A stretch of 64,000 nt of DNA from Chlorokybus atmophyticus (Eukaryota > Plantae > Mesostigma and Chlorokybus algae). This document shows, in pieces, positions 51,541-64,000 of this stretch. The DNA lies in contig RHPI01000773.1 in assembly GCA_009103225.1 (NCBI GenBank), positions 272,003 through 336,002 of the forward strand, in the 5' to 3' direction. The notes beneath the pieces were generated by a model, which was not told the origin of the DNA, ran no database searches, and saw only the letters and a program-made list of their open reading frames with translations. A program made the translations under genes and the position numbers. Each line of letters starts with the position of its first letter. Position 1 is the stretch's first letter.

Positions 51541-54500
51541 CTAGTTTGCAAGATATACGTCCAGACGTGCAAGCTGAACAGAGATAGCGGTCGTGGGATT
51601 GTGAACTCGAGTAACCCGAAGTCTTAACATGCGACATGCAACTTGTGTCTTAATGTAGAAGACGGGGGTCATTACAAAGCGCCCTGCAAACCTGTACGCG
51701 CACTGCTCATGAAGCAGAGTCCAAGACTCTTTATCGTCACTTCCTTCCAGTACCCTGTTTGTGAAGCAGCCATGGTTACAATTGCACAAGTGTTGCACAG
51801 GTATCCGTCAGTATGCGCTACACAATGCTTGCAACAAGCCCTACTTACCAGTCTGCAGGGTCCCTCTCAGGACTGTCATTCGCAGATGTCAAGCAGTAAG
51901 CTGCCACTGTTTGCTTGCAGTTATCCGCAAATCTATATGACAACCAGCCATTTCCTGCAGACAATCTGGTGAACACAAGCTCCACCTCACGTGTTGTGGC
52001 TTTGGTATGTGAATACACTTACCTGTATGACCATTGAAGTCTAGCCATTTTGTTCTCGAGCGGCCGTCAAACGCACAGATGCTCGACTCATCAGGAAGGT
52101 TTTCCCCGCTGCACCCAACAAATCCGCTGGATATTCGCGAGCCCAACCGGCCAAGTGCAACTCGCTCGTTCTGCGATGCGCGCACTGCACGCTGCAGGGC
52201 TTCGGTGGCAGTGATGAGCACGCCTGTGTTGAAAACGCCTGATTAGCGTCGAGCAACACACATTGGTGTACGGTTGGTGTACCTGGAGGCAGCACGCTTT
52301 GCGGCCCTTGACCTTGCTGCGCATGTGGCGTTAGCCCAATGCTTTGAAGGAATGCCGCTCCAGCTTCCATACCCGAAAGCGCGTGCAAAAGGTCCTATAA
52401 AAGAACAATACCGTTTGTTCTGCGACAGTGAGGGCAACACGCATGCACGCAAGCAGACAAGCATGCGTGCATGTGCACGCGCATGTGCGCACACACATGC
52501 ACGCAACGTGCGCGCACATACACTGATATTGCGACAGCTAGGGCAAGACGCGTGTATGTGCACGCGCGCACGGTGAACATACCGTGCTCTCGGTTGTTGA
52601 CACAAGATGTTTGACGGGCTGTGCGCGCAGATCTGCAACAACTTGCAATGCCGTTTGCAACAGGGACGTCATGCTCGCAGCGTCATCCAAGTGACTTCGC
52701 AGCAAGGAGTGCACTGCATTGATGACGCCCGCAGCACCTTCATCACTAGCTGGCCGTTCACTTCCAGCTACGTGGTTGTAAATATATCAGCCATAGAACA
52801 ACTCATACAGCATTTAGCTGCTCAGAACAAGCGCAACACGCACCTACTTCCCCTCGTGCCACCCGCCAATCCAGTGCACCGCTTTGGCGGCCAGGCAATG
52901 CGCCTGCCGACGTGTAAGTCTGTTGCAGCTCCTGCAATGTTTCAGATGTATGACTGGCAGGGTCAAAAAGGGTCGCAACAACAGTTCAAGGAGACGTTAT
53001 TGTGCATACGGCAGACCTGCAATTCTAGCAGCTCGGCGGCCATCATGAGAGCCAATTGTTGCAAAGCGGCTGGTGGAAGCGCAGACTGCAAGGACTGGTT
53101 CAGCCTCGCCAGCAGCATCTGCAGCTCCTCCTCAGTGACATGAGTCCGCCGGGTGGCTACCTGCTCCATTGTGTGCCATCACACGTGTTGATGAAGCCAG
53201 TCATCGCATGCAGGCAGGCAACAGCAATCACACCTCATGCCATTTGCGAGTGTAGCGGCGTGTCACATCTATGGCACCATCGTGTGAAAATGCAACCACA
53301 TAGCTCAGCTGCTTGCCCCATCCTGCTTCATAAAGGAGCGGACGGTCATAGATGTCTTCACATGGATCGCAATGGATCCATCTGCAACACCACATACTAA
53401 CCGTCACACACTTTGCTCAAAGCATGGACACAGTGTGCACAGCCCATGCGTACCTTTGACGGCTTGCAGAAAAGCACTCAGTCCACACATGATCTGTCCA
53501 GTCCATCACCCAACGAGCTTTGATGTCCAAAGACCGGCAGCATAAAGTGAACGCATTGGCCCATTCTCCGCAGCGACCACTGCGCGTTTCAAGAAGCTGC
53601 CCATGATAAAGAGTGAAATATGTGCCATGTGTGCAACCCAATGCAAGCGCACCGCTTACTTTGCCTGGATCATTATAGCGGGGAAAACGTGTAATCCTGC
53701 CGCATGCCGAGCACCTATACAGTTCGACCCTGCTTGCGCCGTACCGAAGATCGTCTTCACTTGGTGAACCCATACCTGCCGATGAAAGGTGTTCAACACG
53801 AGGCGTTGCTGCAAGCATGCGTGATGAGTGCTGCGTACCCGTCGCCACAGTTGGGCCAGAGCAGACATGGCATGCAGGTGCATCAATCCACCTGCAGGCA
53901 ATGTTGTATCATACATGAGCTCAAGCAATGACCGCATGCAGCAGTATGCAGCTTACAAACCTGAAAAAGCCCTTGAACCAGTGCAGAAGTTCACACACAA
54001 GCGCATCATCCAAGCTCAAAACCTCTCCTGGTGTCTGCCAGTCAATCAGCCAAATTGGTGCAGTTATCATACTACAGCAGGTAAGAGGCTAAGGCCTTTC
54101 AATATAAACTCACATCATTTGACGCCACTGCTTCTGCAGCTTTGCGCTGCAGCTCGTCAATAGGAATTACTGCTCGAGCTTTCGCTTGCAGCTCAAGGTC
54201 CTCGTACTGTAGCAAAGTAGCCACAAACCATGAGAGGCAATGCTATAGGCAGGAGTTTCGCACATGCAATGCAGCTTACCCTCAACACAGTTTGGGCGCC
54301 AGTGTGCAGACGCCCTGTAAATGACTGCAAACGGTTGGACTGTTGCTGCTCACGATGTAAAAATGCTGCTGCGAGAGCTGCATCCGCAGCCGCTTGAGCA
54401 GCGTTCTCTTCGGCCTGTAACCAACAAACACTTCAGCTTATAACGACAAAGTGCTTGGCAGGAGGAGTTACATAACAAGCGTACCTGTAGACGCCGAGCG

Positions 54501-55657
54501 AGCGCCTCATCGTCTTCGGTTATAGAAGAGTCTTCTGGTCCCGAAGCACTAGACCGCCCGTCGCCAGAGGAGGAAGGCCCTTCATCAAGATCCCCAAGCA
54601 GCATGACGCGCTGGAGGTCAGTCAGGCGCAGCGCGCTTAGTGGTGCATCATCTTGCAGCCAATACTCGTTTACACCGAGGAGCTGCAGCCACAGATTAAA
54701 CAACATCAACCATGCACGCGAGACCAAACAAACACATGATAATCAATGAAACAGTGCTACCACGCCTGACAACAGCTGCCAAATTCACAAAATGCAGTTG
54801 ACCAAAGGTACAGCTTTTAGGCTGTAAGAAAGATGCTATTATGGTTGCTGTTGCTGCTTACAGCCATTGTCTCCGCCAAATTCAAGCATAATTGTTTTAC
54901 CAAGCGGTCAGCATGGGGCTCACATCTCATGCTCACGACTCTGATATTGCAGCAGCAATCGCAGAGTCCTGCGTGTCCAAGCATAAGAACTGTGTCCAGA
55001 GCCCATGGCATCGTCACAACCACAAACATTGGTGCTGGAGGAGTTGCCTTCACCTACGCTGCTTGCAATGTACCAGCTGAACTGAACTTTAAGCTAAGTG
55101 CTCTTAGTACTATGCTTGTTGCGGACTCAACCACAGCGTTCCAATTCAAACACCAAGCATGCCGCTTGCGTAAGGTAACATATGATGCATGCAGCACACA
55201 CAGGAGCTCAAACTCGTGTACTGACCTGCTGGTTCTCTGGGGGCACACCAGTGATGGCGAAGATCTGCGCTTTCAGCACCTGTGAGAACGCAAGCAGCCT
55301 TCAACAGATTTTCAAAATCGCAAATTGGTAAACAGCGCTGTAAAAAGTGCTGATAGCTGGGACACTTCGCGCAAGCGTGCTGCACTGCATACGTTAGACA
55401 GACGGCAAACAGCTTCACAATATGCTTTATGATAACGTGCAAGCTTGCACGTTATCAGCAAGCGCATGAGCTCTTACGGTGAAGCGGCAAGACTAGCTGC
55501 AACGCATCAAACTGACAGACAAACTTGGACTTCCTACAAGCGAAACAAGCCATGAACATCAAGCGCAAGCGGCTCGCACCTCGACTGTGTCCGTCAAGTC
55601 AACCTCCACGCAGAGCTCATGTGAGCCATGCACAACGACTACGCGGACCGTTGCCAT
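51541..55657 (-). CDS. PNG1: Peptide:N-glycanase, plant type (multi-exon)
   Basis: UBL-like N-terminus [18 protein letters not shown]. The transglutaminase core reads [24 protein letters not shown] and [10 protein letters not shown]. The C-terminus has [10 protein letters not shown] and LEGSDD. Confidence 0.93.
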
Positions 55658-56253
55658 CACCGCCGCCGCCCCGCCACCAAAGCCAGCGCCAATAGCTAGC
55701 TGAGCCAAATGACGCGCACGCTTTCGAATTGTAAACACCGTCACCGTTAAGCCTATAGTGGAAATCACGGCTAGTTTACCACTAGCCTAGTCGATATCTG
55801 CTGTTGCAATGTGGCTCACAGCTAGACGCCGCCGTTCCTAGCAAACGGCTGTTGAACCGCTCTCTACAGCAACAGGCACAGCCATGCCTTGCCGGCGAGC
55901 AGAGGCTATGCACGCGCTGCGGTAACATGCTGAGCTTGGCGAGGTGGCGCACTGTGCAGCTGGTGGACGTTCGGCTGTCAATACGGACACAAACGCCCCG
56001 GTGCTGGTGCTCGCCACGCCGAGGTGCTGCAGTGCGCTGCTGCCACCCAAGCACTGCTACTTTTGCTGCTTTGCTGCTTCTCGTACTTTTGCAAGCTCGT
56101 TGCAGTGCAGTGTATGGTGCTGCTGCCGTTCGGCATTGTTTGACAGTTTTTCAGTAGCTTGCATGTGTTGCACTTCACGTGCACTACTCTAACACGCTGA
56201 GCATTGCTTTACCTGTGTCGTTGCTTTCTCTTTCAGCAGCCTGCAGCGCAGCT

Positions 56254-58255
56254 ATGGCCACCAGCACAGGAGACAAGCATGCCTCAGCCATCTCACCAGG
56301 AACCAGTCGGATTGGGTAAGCTCTCTGGACGGAATGCATGTGAGATAGCAGCCTGTGCTCTTCGGCTTTGCATGAGTGAACACACTTTGAGCAATCAACA
56401 GATCGCGCTGACTTGTGAACAACGTTTGCTACGCCCACCTTATTCCTGGTTTATGCCGCCTGGCCTCCGTTGCCACGTACAACTGCTTGTTGCTGGCAGG
56501 TGGATTGGCACAGGCGTGATGGGGCAGTCAATGTGTGGACACATCATGAATGCCGGCTACTCAGTCAATGTATACAACCGCACAATGAGGTGAGCCTTGC
56601 TTGCTTGTCAGCAGTGAGCGTCGAGCACCTCCGCTTGCCAAGGTTGACATACGTTATTTAGCATGTTGCTTGCTGCAGCAAGGCACAGAGTCTGGTTGAG
56701 AAGGGTGCAGCTGCTTTAAGATCGCCAAGGCTGGTAGCTGAGAGGAGCAATGTTGTGTTTACCATTGTAGGGTAAGGTTGATGTGTCTGCAGTCCGCTCC
56801 AGACTAGGCCGCACACATGTAACATGGCAACTGTGTCTGTGCGCACGCGCGTGTAGTTACCCTCAAGACGTGCGAGAGGTCATTTTGGGGAACCCAGGTG
56901 TTTTGGCCGGCTTGCGGCCAGGCGGTGTGGTAACCGCTGCCAAGAACACTTTTGCTCTCAGAGAACCATGCAACTCCGGGTTCTGAACGCTGTGTGCATT
57001 CCACAACTTTTGCAGGTTGTGGACATGACCACAAGCGATCCAGCATTGGCACGGGAGATTGCTGAGGCTGCGCTTGCCACGTAAGATAGGGTGTGGCCGT
57101 CCATTAATGTTGGTAGTCATGCAACAAAGGTTGTCATTCCAGAGGCTGTCAAGCGCTGGACTGCCCGGTGTCTGGAGGTGATGTTGGTGCACGAAACGCA
57201 AGTTTAGCTATCATGGCTGGAGGAGATTACAGCACGGTAAGCTGCGATCATTGTTATGTTATGGGTATGTGTATCCAATTCTGCTGTAAACAACACTTGT
57301 CCTCTCTTCTAGCATGATGCTCACGGGTGTCCTCGGCTTTGGTCTGGTGCATGGCCCGACGCGCACATGATTTATTGGCATAGACAGTTGCATATGCCAC
57401 CTGCTGGTTGATCACGCCATGGCAGTCACGGTCTGTGCACTGCGTTGCAGGTGAAGGCGCTGTTACCACTTCTGTCCTTGATGGGGAACACCACATACCT
57501 GGGGCTGGCGGGCAGTGGCCAGAGTTGCAAGCTCGCCAATCAGGTTGGGTCAATGACCCGCTTGTATGACATCAGCATGCTGACTTCACCTTGGTGCGCA
57601 ACAATAGGTCACTATAGCATCCACTATGGTAGGCATGGTTGAGGTGAGCCTTCAATTGCTGATCTGCCATTCTGTTGTATATGTATACCTGTTACGCCTA
57701 CCTCAAAGGCGGCCCTGTCCTTCATCTGCAGGGCTTGCTGTACGCGTCAAAAGCCGGTCTTAATCCAGAGACCTACTTGCAAGCAATCAGCGGAGGCGCT
57801 GCAGGCTCAAAGTCTTTGACACTGTATGCGTCGCGTATTTTGAATCGCGACTTCCAACCAGGTTTTATTTGGAATGCGCTTGGAAGCATCATCGCTTGTA
57901 CTGGTTCCTGTGCTTCCAGCCTCAACGCCCATTTCGGTCATGCAGGCTTCTTTGTAAAGCATTTTGTTAAAGACCTCGGCATTGCACTTGAAGAGAGTCG
58001 GAAGATGAACCTATCCCTTCCTGGCCTTGCACTGGTACAACTATGTTTTGCATGTGATAGAGTGGCACATTACCAAGTGGCTACCAACAATCGCTCAGCA
58101 TTAGGCGTTCAGCACATGTGCTGATACGGTATTGTTGGCAGGCACAACAGCTCTATGTGGCGCTCATGGCACATGGAGACGGGGATTTGGGAACACAGGC
58201 ATTGATGCTAGCACTGGAGCGATTGAACAACACAACGCTGTCTAGCAAACCGTGA
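56254..58255 (+). CDS. 3-hydroxyisobutyrate dehydrogenase-like / 6PGDH-family NAD-binding protein (multi-exon)
   Basis: IGWIGTGVMG Rossmann motif, DMTTSDP, DCPVSGGDVGA, KLANQ and HFVKDLGIAL. An upstream targeting exon may exist. Confidence 0.9.
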
Positions 58256-58389
58256 TACTGCTTATATATACAATATGGTGCTGGTGATGCACCCAGCTTG
58301 TCCTTATCGCTGTGCTACTGCTTCAACCTTGTTAGCCATGCTATAGATATGTGCATAATAGTGCGCGTCTCTCGCAATACTCCCAGCAG

Positions 58390-61300
58390 TGCCTAACGCA
58401 TGTGGCTCAACGTGCTCGTGCAGCTTCTCTGTAGCGTTTGCCGGACGAAACAGGCTGCAGGGGAGGAGTGCACGTCATCATAATTGCTGCTGCTGCAGCT
58501 GCTTTTGCCACCGCTGCTGCCCGGTGAAGAGGTTGGCGACATCCCCTCCGGCTGCAGGTAACGCAGCACCAGGAGGGCGCTTTGTGGGCACCTGTTCAGC
58601 CACAAGGGTCTCAATATGCACGAAAAAGTCTCCATCATGATCATGCGGTGTGGTGACTTTGCATGTTTACATGTTAGCTCAATAACCACAAGTCAAGACC
58701 ATTGGCCATGTACCTTTGTGGGTCTAGCCACAACCGCTTGTAAACAATTTGCTTCAACCTGCCCTTTGACATCATGTTCACGCCCCATGCTCTGTACAGC
58801 ACCAAGCGACTTTCCTGCAACACAACCAGGCAGCTGGTAAGGAAGCAGTCTGTGCACCGCTGAGTACCTGCGCGACTGACACAGGTAGACATCCACCTAA
58901 GCCTTTGAAGTGCATGCAGAACACCAGTCAACACCAGATCGGTTTAGAGTTGCATACGCTTGCATACCTGTGAGAGGGCTGCTCGCATCTTGGACAATAT
59001 GGAGTCGCGCTGTCTCTGTACAAGCGCTGCAGCCTGTTCCTTGGCTATTAGCAAGCTCAGTGCATCGCGGTGCACGCTGTCATTGCATAGGACGCTTCTG
59101 GGTGTTTCAAACTCCACCAGTGGTGTGGACTTCCCACTGGCGTAGTTTCGTGTATGTGAAACTGGCGTGGCTTCAAGCCTCGAGCCCTGGCAACTGCCGC
59201 TTTCTGTCTTCTCGCAGTCATCGGTACCACTTGAAAGCTTCAAGTAAGTCAGACTCCTTGTCAACAGGTCCACATTGTCTCTATGCCATGTCTTGAACAA
59301 CGCCTGCGCATGACAATCATCAGGGAACACACACATCAGCGATGCCTTTGCACTAGTTATCAGACAAGGGGTGTACCTCTAGTTTGCTGGCAGTGCTGGT
59401 CTCATTGGTATCAACATTTTCTTTGCCACGTGTGCCAGAAGCGAATAACCGTTGCCAGCTTGCAACACTGCTGCCATAGTTGTTTTCGGCTGTTGTGCGC
59501 ACTTGCAATGGTGTGCACATGTTCAACCGACTCAAAGTGGAGGGGCCCGGGCTTGTCATTGATGAGGTTGTGGTAAAGTTGTGGTCACTGGGATCTGTCT
59601 GCACACCTGGCAAGCAATGCATGAGTGGGTTAACAGTGCACTCACATCCAGCATGTGTGGTCGTGCGGTTTGCGTGCAACCGCCAAGTCCAACTTGCAAT
59701 AAAATGCCTTTGCATGGTTGACATATTTGCATGTTGGCATTTTACTTAGCTTAGGAATTGTTGGCCATCTTACCTTTGTCCTCTGTACTGTTGCCGGTAA
59801 TACTGGCAGTTAAAGTCTGTGGCGTGGAGTCAGCGAGTTGTGACGGCTACAGTCAAAGCCAAAAACAAATTAGGTCAGGTCATGCACAAGCACACAAGGC
59901 AATTACTCAACAGCAGGCGCTGTTCTACATTTTATAAATCGTCGGTCTCACCTGCATATCACCAAGCACAAGCCGTCGTCGGACACATCGCTTCGTACGC
60001 CACTGCCTGAACTTCCGCTGTTCGAAGCAAAATGTTGTCATTAGTGTCCAACAAGTCCAACAAGTTCATGTAATCTCGACATGACAGCTGTAGTCAAAAA
60101 TGTCGTCAAAAATGCTTACTTGTATGCTGACTGCTGCATCATGCGTTCGCAACTGCGCACTCCTTGCAGAAGACTTTCCTGGCAGACTGTTCTTCTCAGC
60201 ACTTGGCCAGCTGTTTTTTGCAACGCTAATTTTGGCGTCAAGGCCTGCGCGCTGGAGCGCCATGCACAATGGAGACAACGGGCGCTTCATCAACGGGGAG
60301 CGGGAACATGTTGGGGAGGTGTTTACGCTGGCCTTTGGTATCTTGTTGCGCCTGATGACTCTGGTGTACTCCGCTCTGGGCTGCTTCATCACACTACCTG
60401 CATACACAGTACTTTGTCAGTCAGACTCAAGATCAATGCCAGGTTGGCAACCAGAACAACACCAGTGCATGCACTCTCTTGCGGGTGCGCTCCCAAACAG
60501 GCGCATAACACGTCATATGCAGCACGATGACCTCCAGATTCCAACTAAAACGTAATGCACTTGCCGTCTTTCGCGGCAGCGCACTCGAGCAGCAGTGTCA
60601 ACAGTCCCAGCTTGTGTCTGTCTGTAGCAGTGGGTTTGTTCTTCGTGGCGCTGCATCGGGTTCGTGCACTCAAGCCAAGCGACACTCTTGGGCCGCACAT
60701 CCTTACGCAGTCTGTTGAGAAAAATGAATAGGTAAAAGACTAGACAAAATACCTTGTGTCACGACAAACAGGCAGTGCAGACATAAACATCCAAGATCGT
60801 CCTTGCATGCATGCATTTGCCCGTGCAAACTCTAGCATGCATGACGTGATTTGCACATTATCAAATGCGTAGGGTGGAAACAGCACACAACCAGTGCTCA
60901 CACATTGCTGAGCTTCACCTTCCAGCAATCGCGTGTCAATCTCATACCTGAACATTCACCAGGTGTCTGCATGGCTGCCCCGTCTCCATCAGCCTGTCTT
61001 TGGTCCGTCCCGGCACCCAAGGCACTCACGCTAGGAAGGGCAACAGGCAGGCCAATTGAGCAGTCAACGCTTTCGCCATTGCTCATGAACCTGTTCACAG
61101 TCTCCTTCTCCTCTTTCTCCTCATCTGCCGCTGCCGCCACTGGCGTGTCCTCGGCGTGTGATTTGTCCACCGCAGGGCGGGCGTCTCCACGCAACAACGC
61201 CTGCGCCACCGCCGGCAGAGAAAACCCTGCAATCGCCATGAGTAGAAAATCTCCCTCGCCTGTACCCTCACCGCCACTGCCGCCGCCGCCGCCGCCGCCC

Positions 61301-61400
61301 GCCAAGTCAGCGGCGGAAACTTTGAAAGTTTCAAAGTTTAAACGTGCGTTTCAAGGCGGGAAAGCCACCACTTTGAACGTGCATGGCATAACGTCGCCTC
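58390..61400 (-). CDS. Multi-exon low-complexity protein of unknown function
   Basis: Several 100-135 aa Ser/Thr-rich ORF segments with splice-like ends. No recognisable domain; boundaries are approximate. Confidence 0.4.
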
Positions 61401-62329
61401 TGTTGTAAGCATCAGCCTGCTGAATGCAGCAGGCTGATGCTTACAACGGAGGTGGCGGTATTATAACTGTGGGCAGTGCAGGCTTAGTAAGCAGGTCGCT
61501 TTCGCGTCAATGTCACTAGCTTTTCGATCAGCTATAATATGCCTGGAGATTCACTCCTTCATGCGGCGGCGCGGCGCCATGTGTAGGGTCCCTGGCCGCG
61601 AAGCGTCCTGTGTCGTGTAGGTGCGGGGCATTTTGTGGCGCCGCCGCCTGGCAGCGCGGCTCGGCCGGTGGCAAGGCAGAACTCACAGCTTCGCCGATGA
61701 TTGGCGGAGATTTGGGTCATGCCAGTGTACTGGCCTTCTGCTTCACTTTCTGGTAGCGCAGCTGTCCGAAGTGTAGCCTGCTTGTGTGTGCGCTCTAGCC
61801 ACTGCCGCCAGTTGGCTAGCCAAGTCCTTCCCCTGTCTGCTGGTTGACCAGCTGCCCAGCGCTGGCCTTCTCTCTCAGCTGCGTCAGCTGGGACGGACGT
61901 CAGCTGCCTCCAACCCAAGCAGTTACGCAGGCTTTCAGTGATACGAGTCGTGTTGTCGTTGTTTGTCAGCAGCAAGGCCTGGACTGAAGGTCACATGATA
62001 CATCACCGGCATGCCTTTCTTACCCCAGCAGGTGAATTCGACTAATGGCCATACACGCACAAATCTTGCCTAAACCATGTGTTGTGGTGTCAAAGGCATG
62101 TACATGCAATGTGGTGTATGAAGATGTTTTCCCACTCCTGCATGCACTCCTACATCGCCAATGGTCACCTTCGTGGCAACTTACCATACTCACAGAATTG
62201 AGAAAGCCGGCCAGCTGTGTGTGAGAAACACAACAAATACTCAATGCTGCCTTTCTTGCTGTTACCGCAGGCAACATGATTGTGCAATACGCTTGTGCAA
62301 TTCTGCTTGCAAGTGTTCTGCCGCAACGA

Positions 62330-64000
62330 GTCTCCTGCAGCAATGCAAGGGATTCCGTGTGGACCAACAACTATGACAACACCGTGGAGAGGATACAGGC
62401 GCAGATGAACGCCGGAAACCTGCAAGAGGTCACTCACAGCAGCATAGCGTCTGGAGGCACACTTTTGCAGGCGCAGGACATAGTGCAGGCCAACCAGATC
62501 TGGCGACGCAAGATTGTTTCACCTTCTGGCGACAAGGAGGAGGAGGACCAATTTTCCAGCAGAGACTGCCTTCCCCTTGTTGTCCAGTCGAGACAGCGCA
62601 AGAGCGCCCTGCTACAACGCCAACACCTGCGAGTCTCTTACTGCTTCAAAATCTGCGTGGTGAGCGCGAACACAAGACAGCTTAGCAGCTGAGGTACTGC
62701 TTGTTTTGCTTGAAAGATCTGCATGCTTATGTAATGACTGATCTGCAAACTGTGCATGTCAGGATTTCCCTCAGTGTTTGCACACTACACCCTTGTACAG
62801 GGACCAGACAAGCGGTCAGTACGTCACGGCTGTGCATTGCAACACGCAAGTGTACGACGGACAGAATGGCCCTGCCATTAGGCTGCAGGTTCGCACGGGG
62901 GACCTGAACGCGCCGGCACCCGTGTGTCGCAACCTGGTGGACAACAACCTCATCGCCAGTGTTGCCACGCCAATACTGGCCACCACCACCACCCAGGACG
63001 GTACCACGCAGGAGCAATACTCTCTTTCTGTACCAACGGAGCTGTTGAGCAGCAGCGCTTTGCCGATGTTCTATACCCCCGACATCTTCACGCACAGAAG
63101 AAACTTACCTATGGCAGTGCAGCAGCAGACCGATGCCAACGCACGGGTCACCGCACACTTGACTGCTACCAATTTGCTGAACGCAACAGCAGCAACGCAG
63201 AATGACAGATCGCTTTCATGGGGAGTCAATGCCGCTTCTGCACTGGTGGATAACTTGTGGCTTACCGCTGCTCCGTCTGATGGCAGCAGGACTTGGTCGG
63301 CCTCAGCCGTGTTTGTGCATGGTACAAGTAGTGCCAACCCGACTCAAGTCGACAGCCAGAATTTCTACCCTACCGCACCAAACGAATTAAATGAACTCAA
63401 CGGAGGTTGCTCTTTCATCCTGCCCACCCTTGCTTCATACGCATCCTGCCTTCAACAGCTCCATTCCTTCAATCTGCCTTCTAACATCGACACGTCTCGA
63501 TGCGTGCAAGACCCAATTGCACACTATGTCAACTTCTCCAATATCTGCTATAGAGGTATTCAGGGCATGGACCCTTCAGGCACAATTTGTGACAAGTACA
63601 TCTTTTGGATCAACCAGCCGGATACGGCATGCTACGAATCCTCCTATATGTACCTGATGAGAGCGGGCTCCAATCCTCGCGCGCTGGGAACTACTAGCGC
63701 CACGTACGCATCGGCGGCCGAGCTGGTGCAGTCCGCGCAAGGTGAGCCGGACTCCATTAGTCTGGATGAAATGAAGCAGGACATCCAGTTCGTGCGGCTC
63801 TATGACATGAGCTATGCCATCTGGCCCTACAGCAACGGATGGACAGACCAGGAGGTGGATGCCATCATCAATAGCAGCATACAGGTGCAGCAGAGCACAC
63901 TCGAGGGATACTTCCAGACGGAAGCCACCAATAGTAATGTGTTCCAGTCCATTGCTCTAATCATACTGGCCGTACTAGGCGTTGTGATGTCAGACCCGGA
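62330..64000 (+). CDS. Unknown membrane protein, 3' incomplete; long exon 62889-64000
   Basis: A 370-codon stop-free frame after CTGCAG (VRTGDLNAPAPVC...) has N-glycosylation sequons and ends in hydrophobic IALIILAVLGVV at the window edge. Short upstream exons lie at ~62330-62660. Confidence 0.7.

Noticed and set aside
1-64000. CRISPR arrays, rRNA or tRNA genes
   Set aside because: No regularly spaced repeat-spacer array and no recognisable rRNA or tRNA sequence were seen.

Overview
Eukaryotic, intron-rich genomic DNA. Plant-type EFR3/SRL2 and PNGase architectures and a telo-box suggest a green-lineage organism, possibly a streptophyte alga (inference). The first ~17 kb is a mobile-element zone. 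It holds a ~490-bp TRIM-like LTR element, a palindrome-dense non-coding block, and a decayed ~10-kb Ty3/Gypsy-type retrotransposon. The retrotransposon polyprotein carries a cytosine-5 DNA methyltransferase between protease and RNase H/integrase, plus a C-terminal PHD finger. Its integrase is split by a 1.5-kb CACC-ended DNA element with a 3-bp TSD. From 17.7 kb onward are host genes, mostly in divergent pairs: RsgA GTPase, EFR3-like, a coiled-coil protein, RPL15, P58IPK-like DnaJ, a plastid-type protein, PNGase, a 3-hydroxyisobutyrate-dehydrogenase-like protein and two unknown genes. Interspersed are a TA-flanked MITE, a spliced gene resembling prokaryotic coiled-coil/PD-(D/E)xK nucleases, a dispersed short repeat family and a ~2.9-kb diverged inverted duplication. 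All homology calls are by motif recognition only; no database search was run. Five N-gaps limit what can be seen, and most exon boundaries are approximate.
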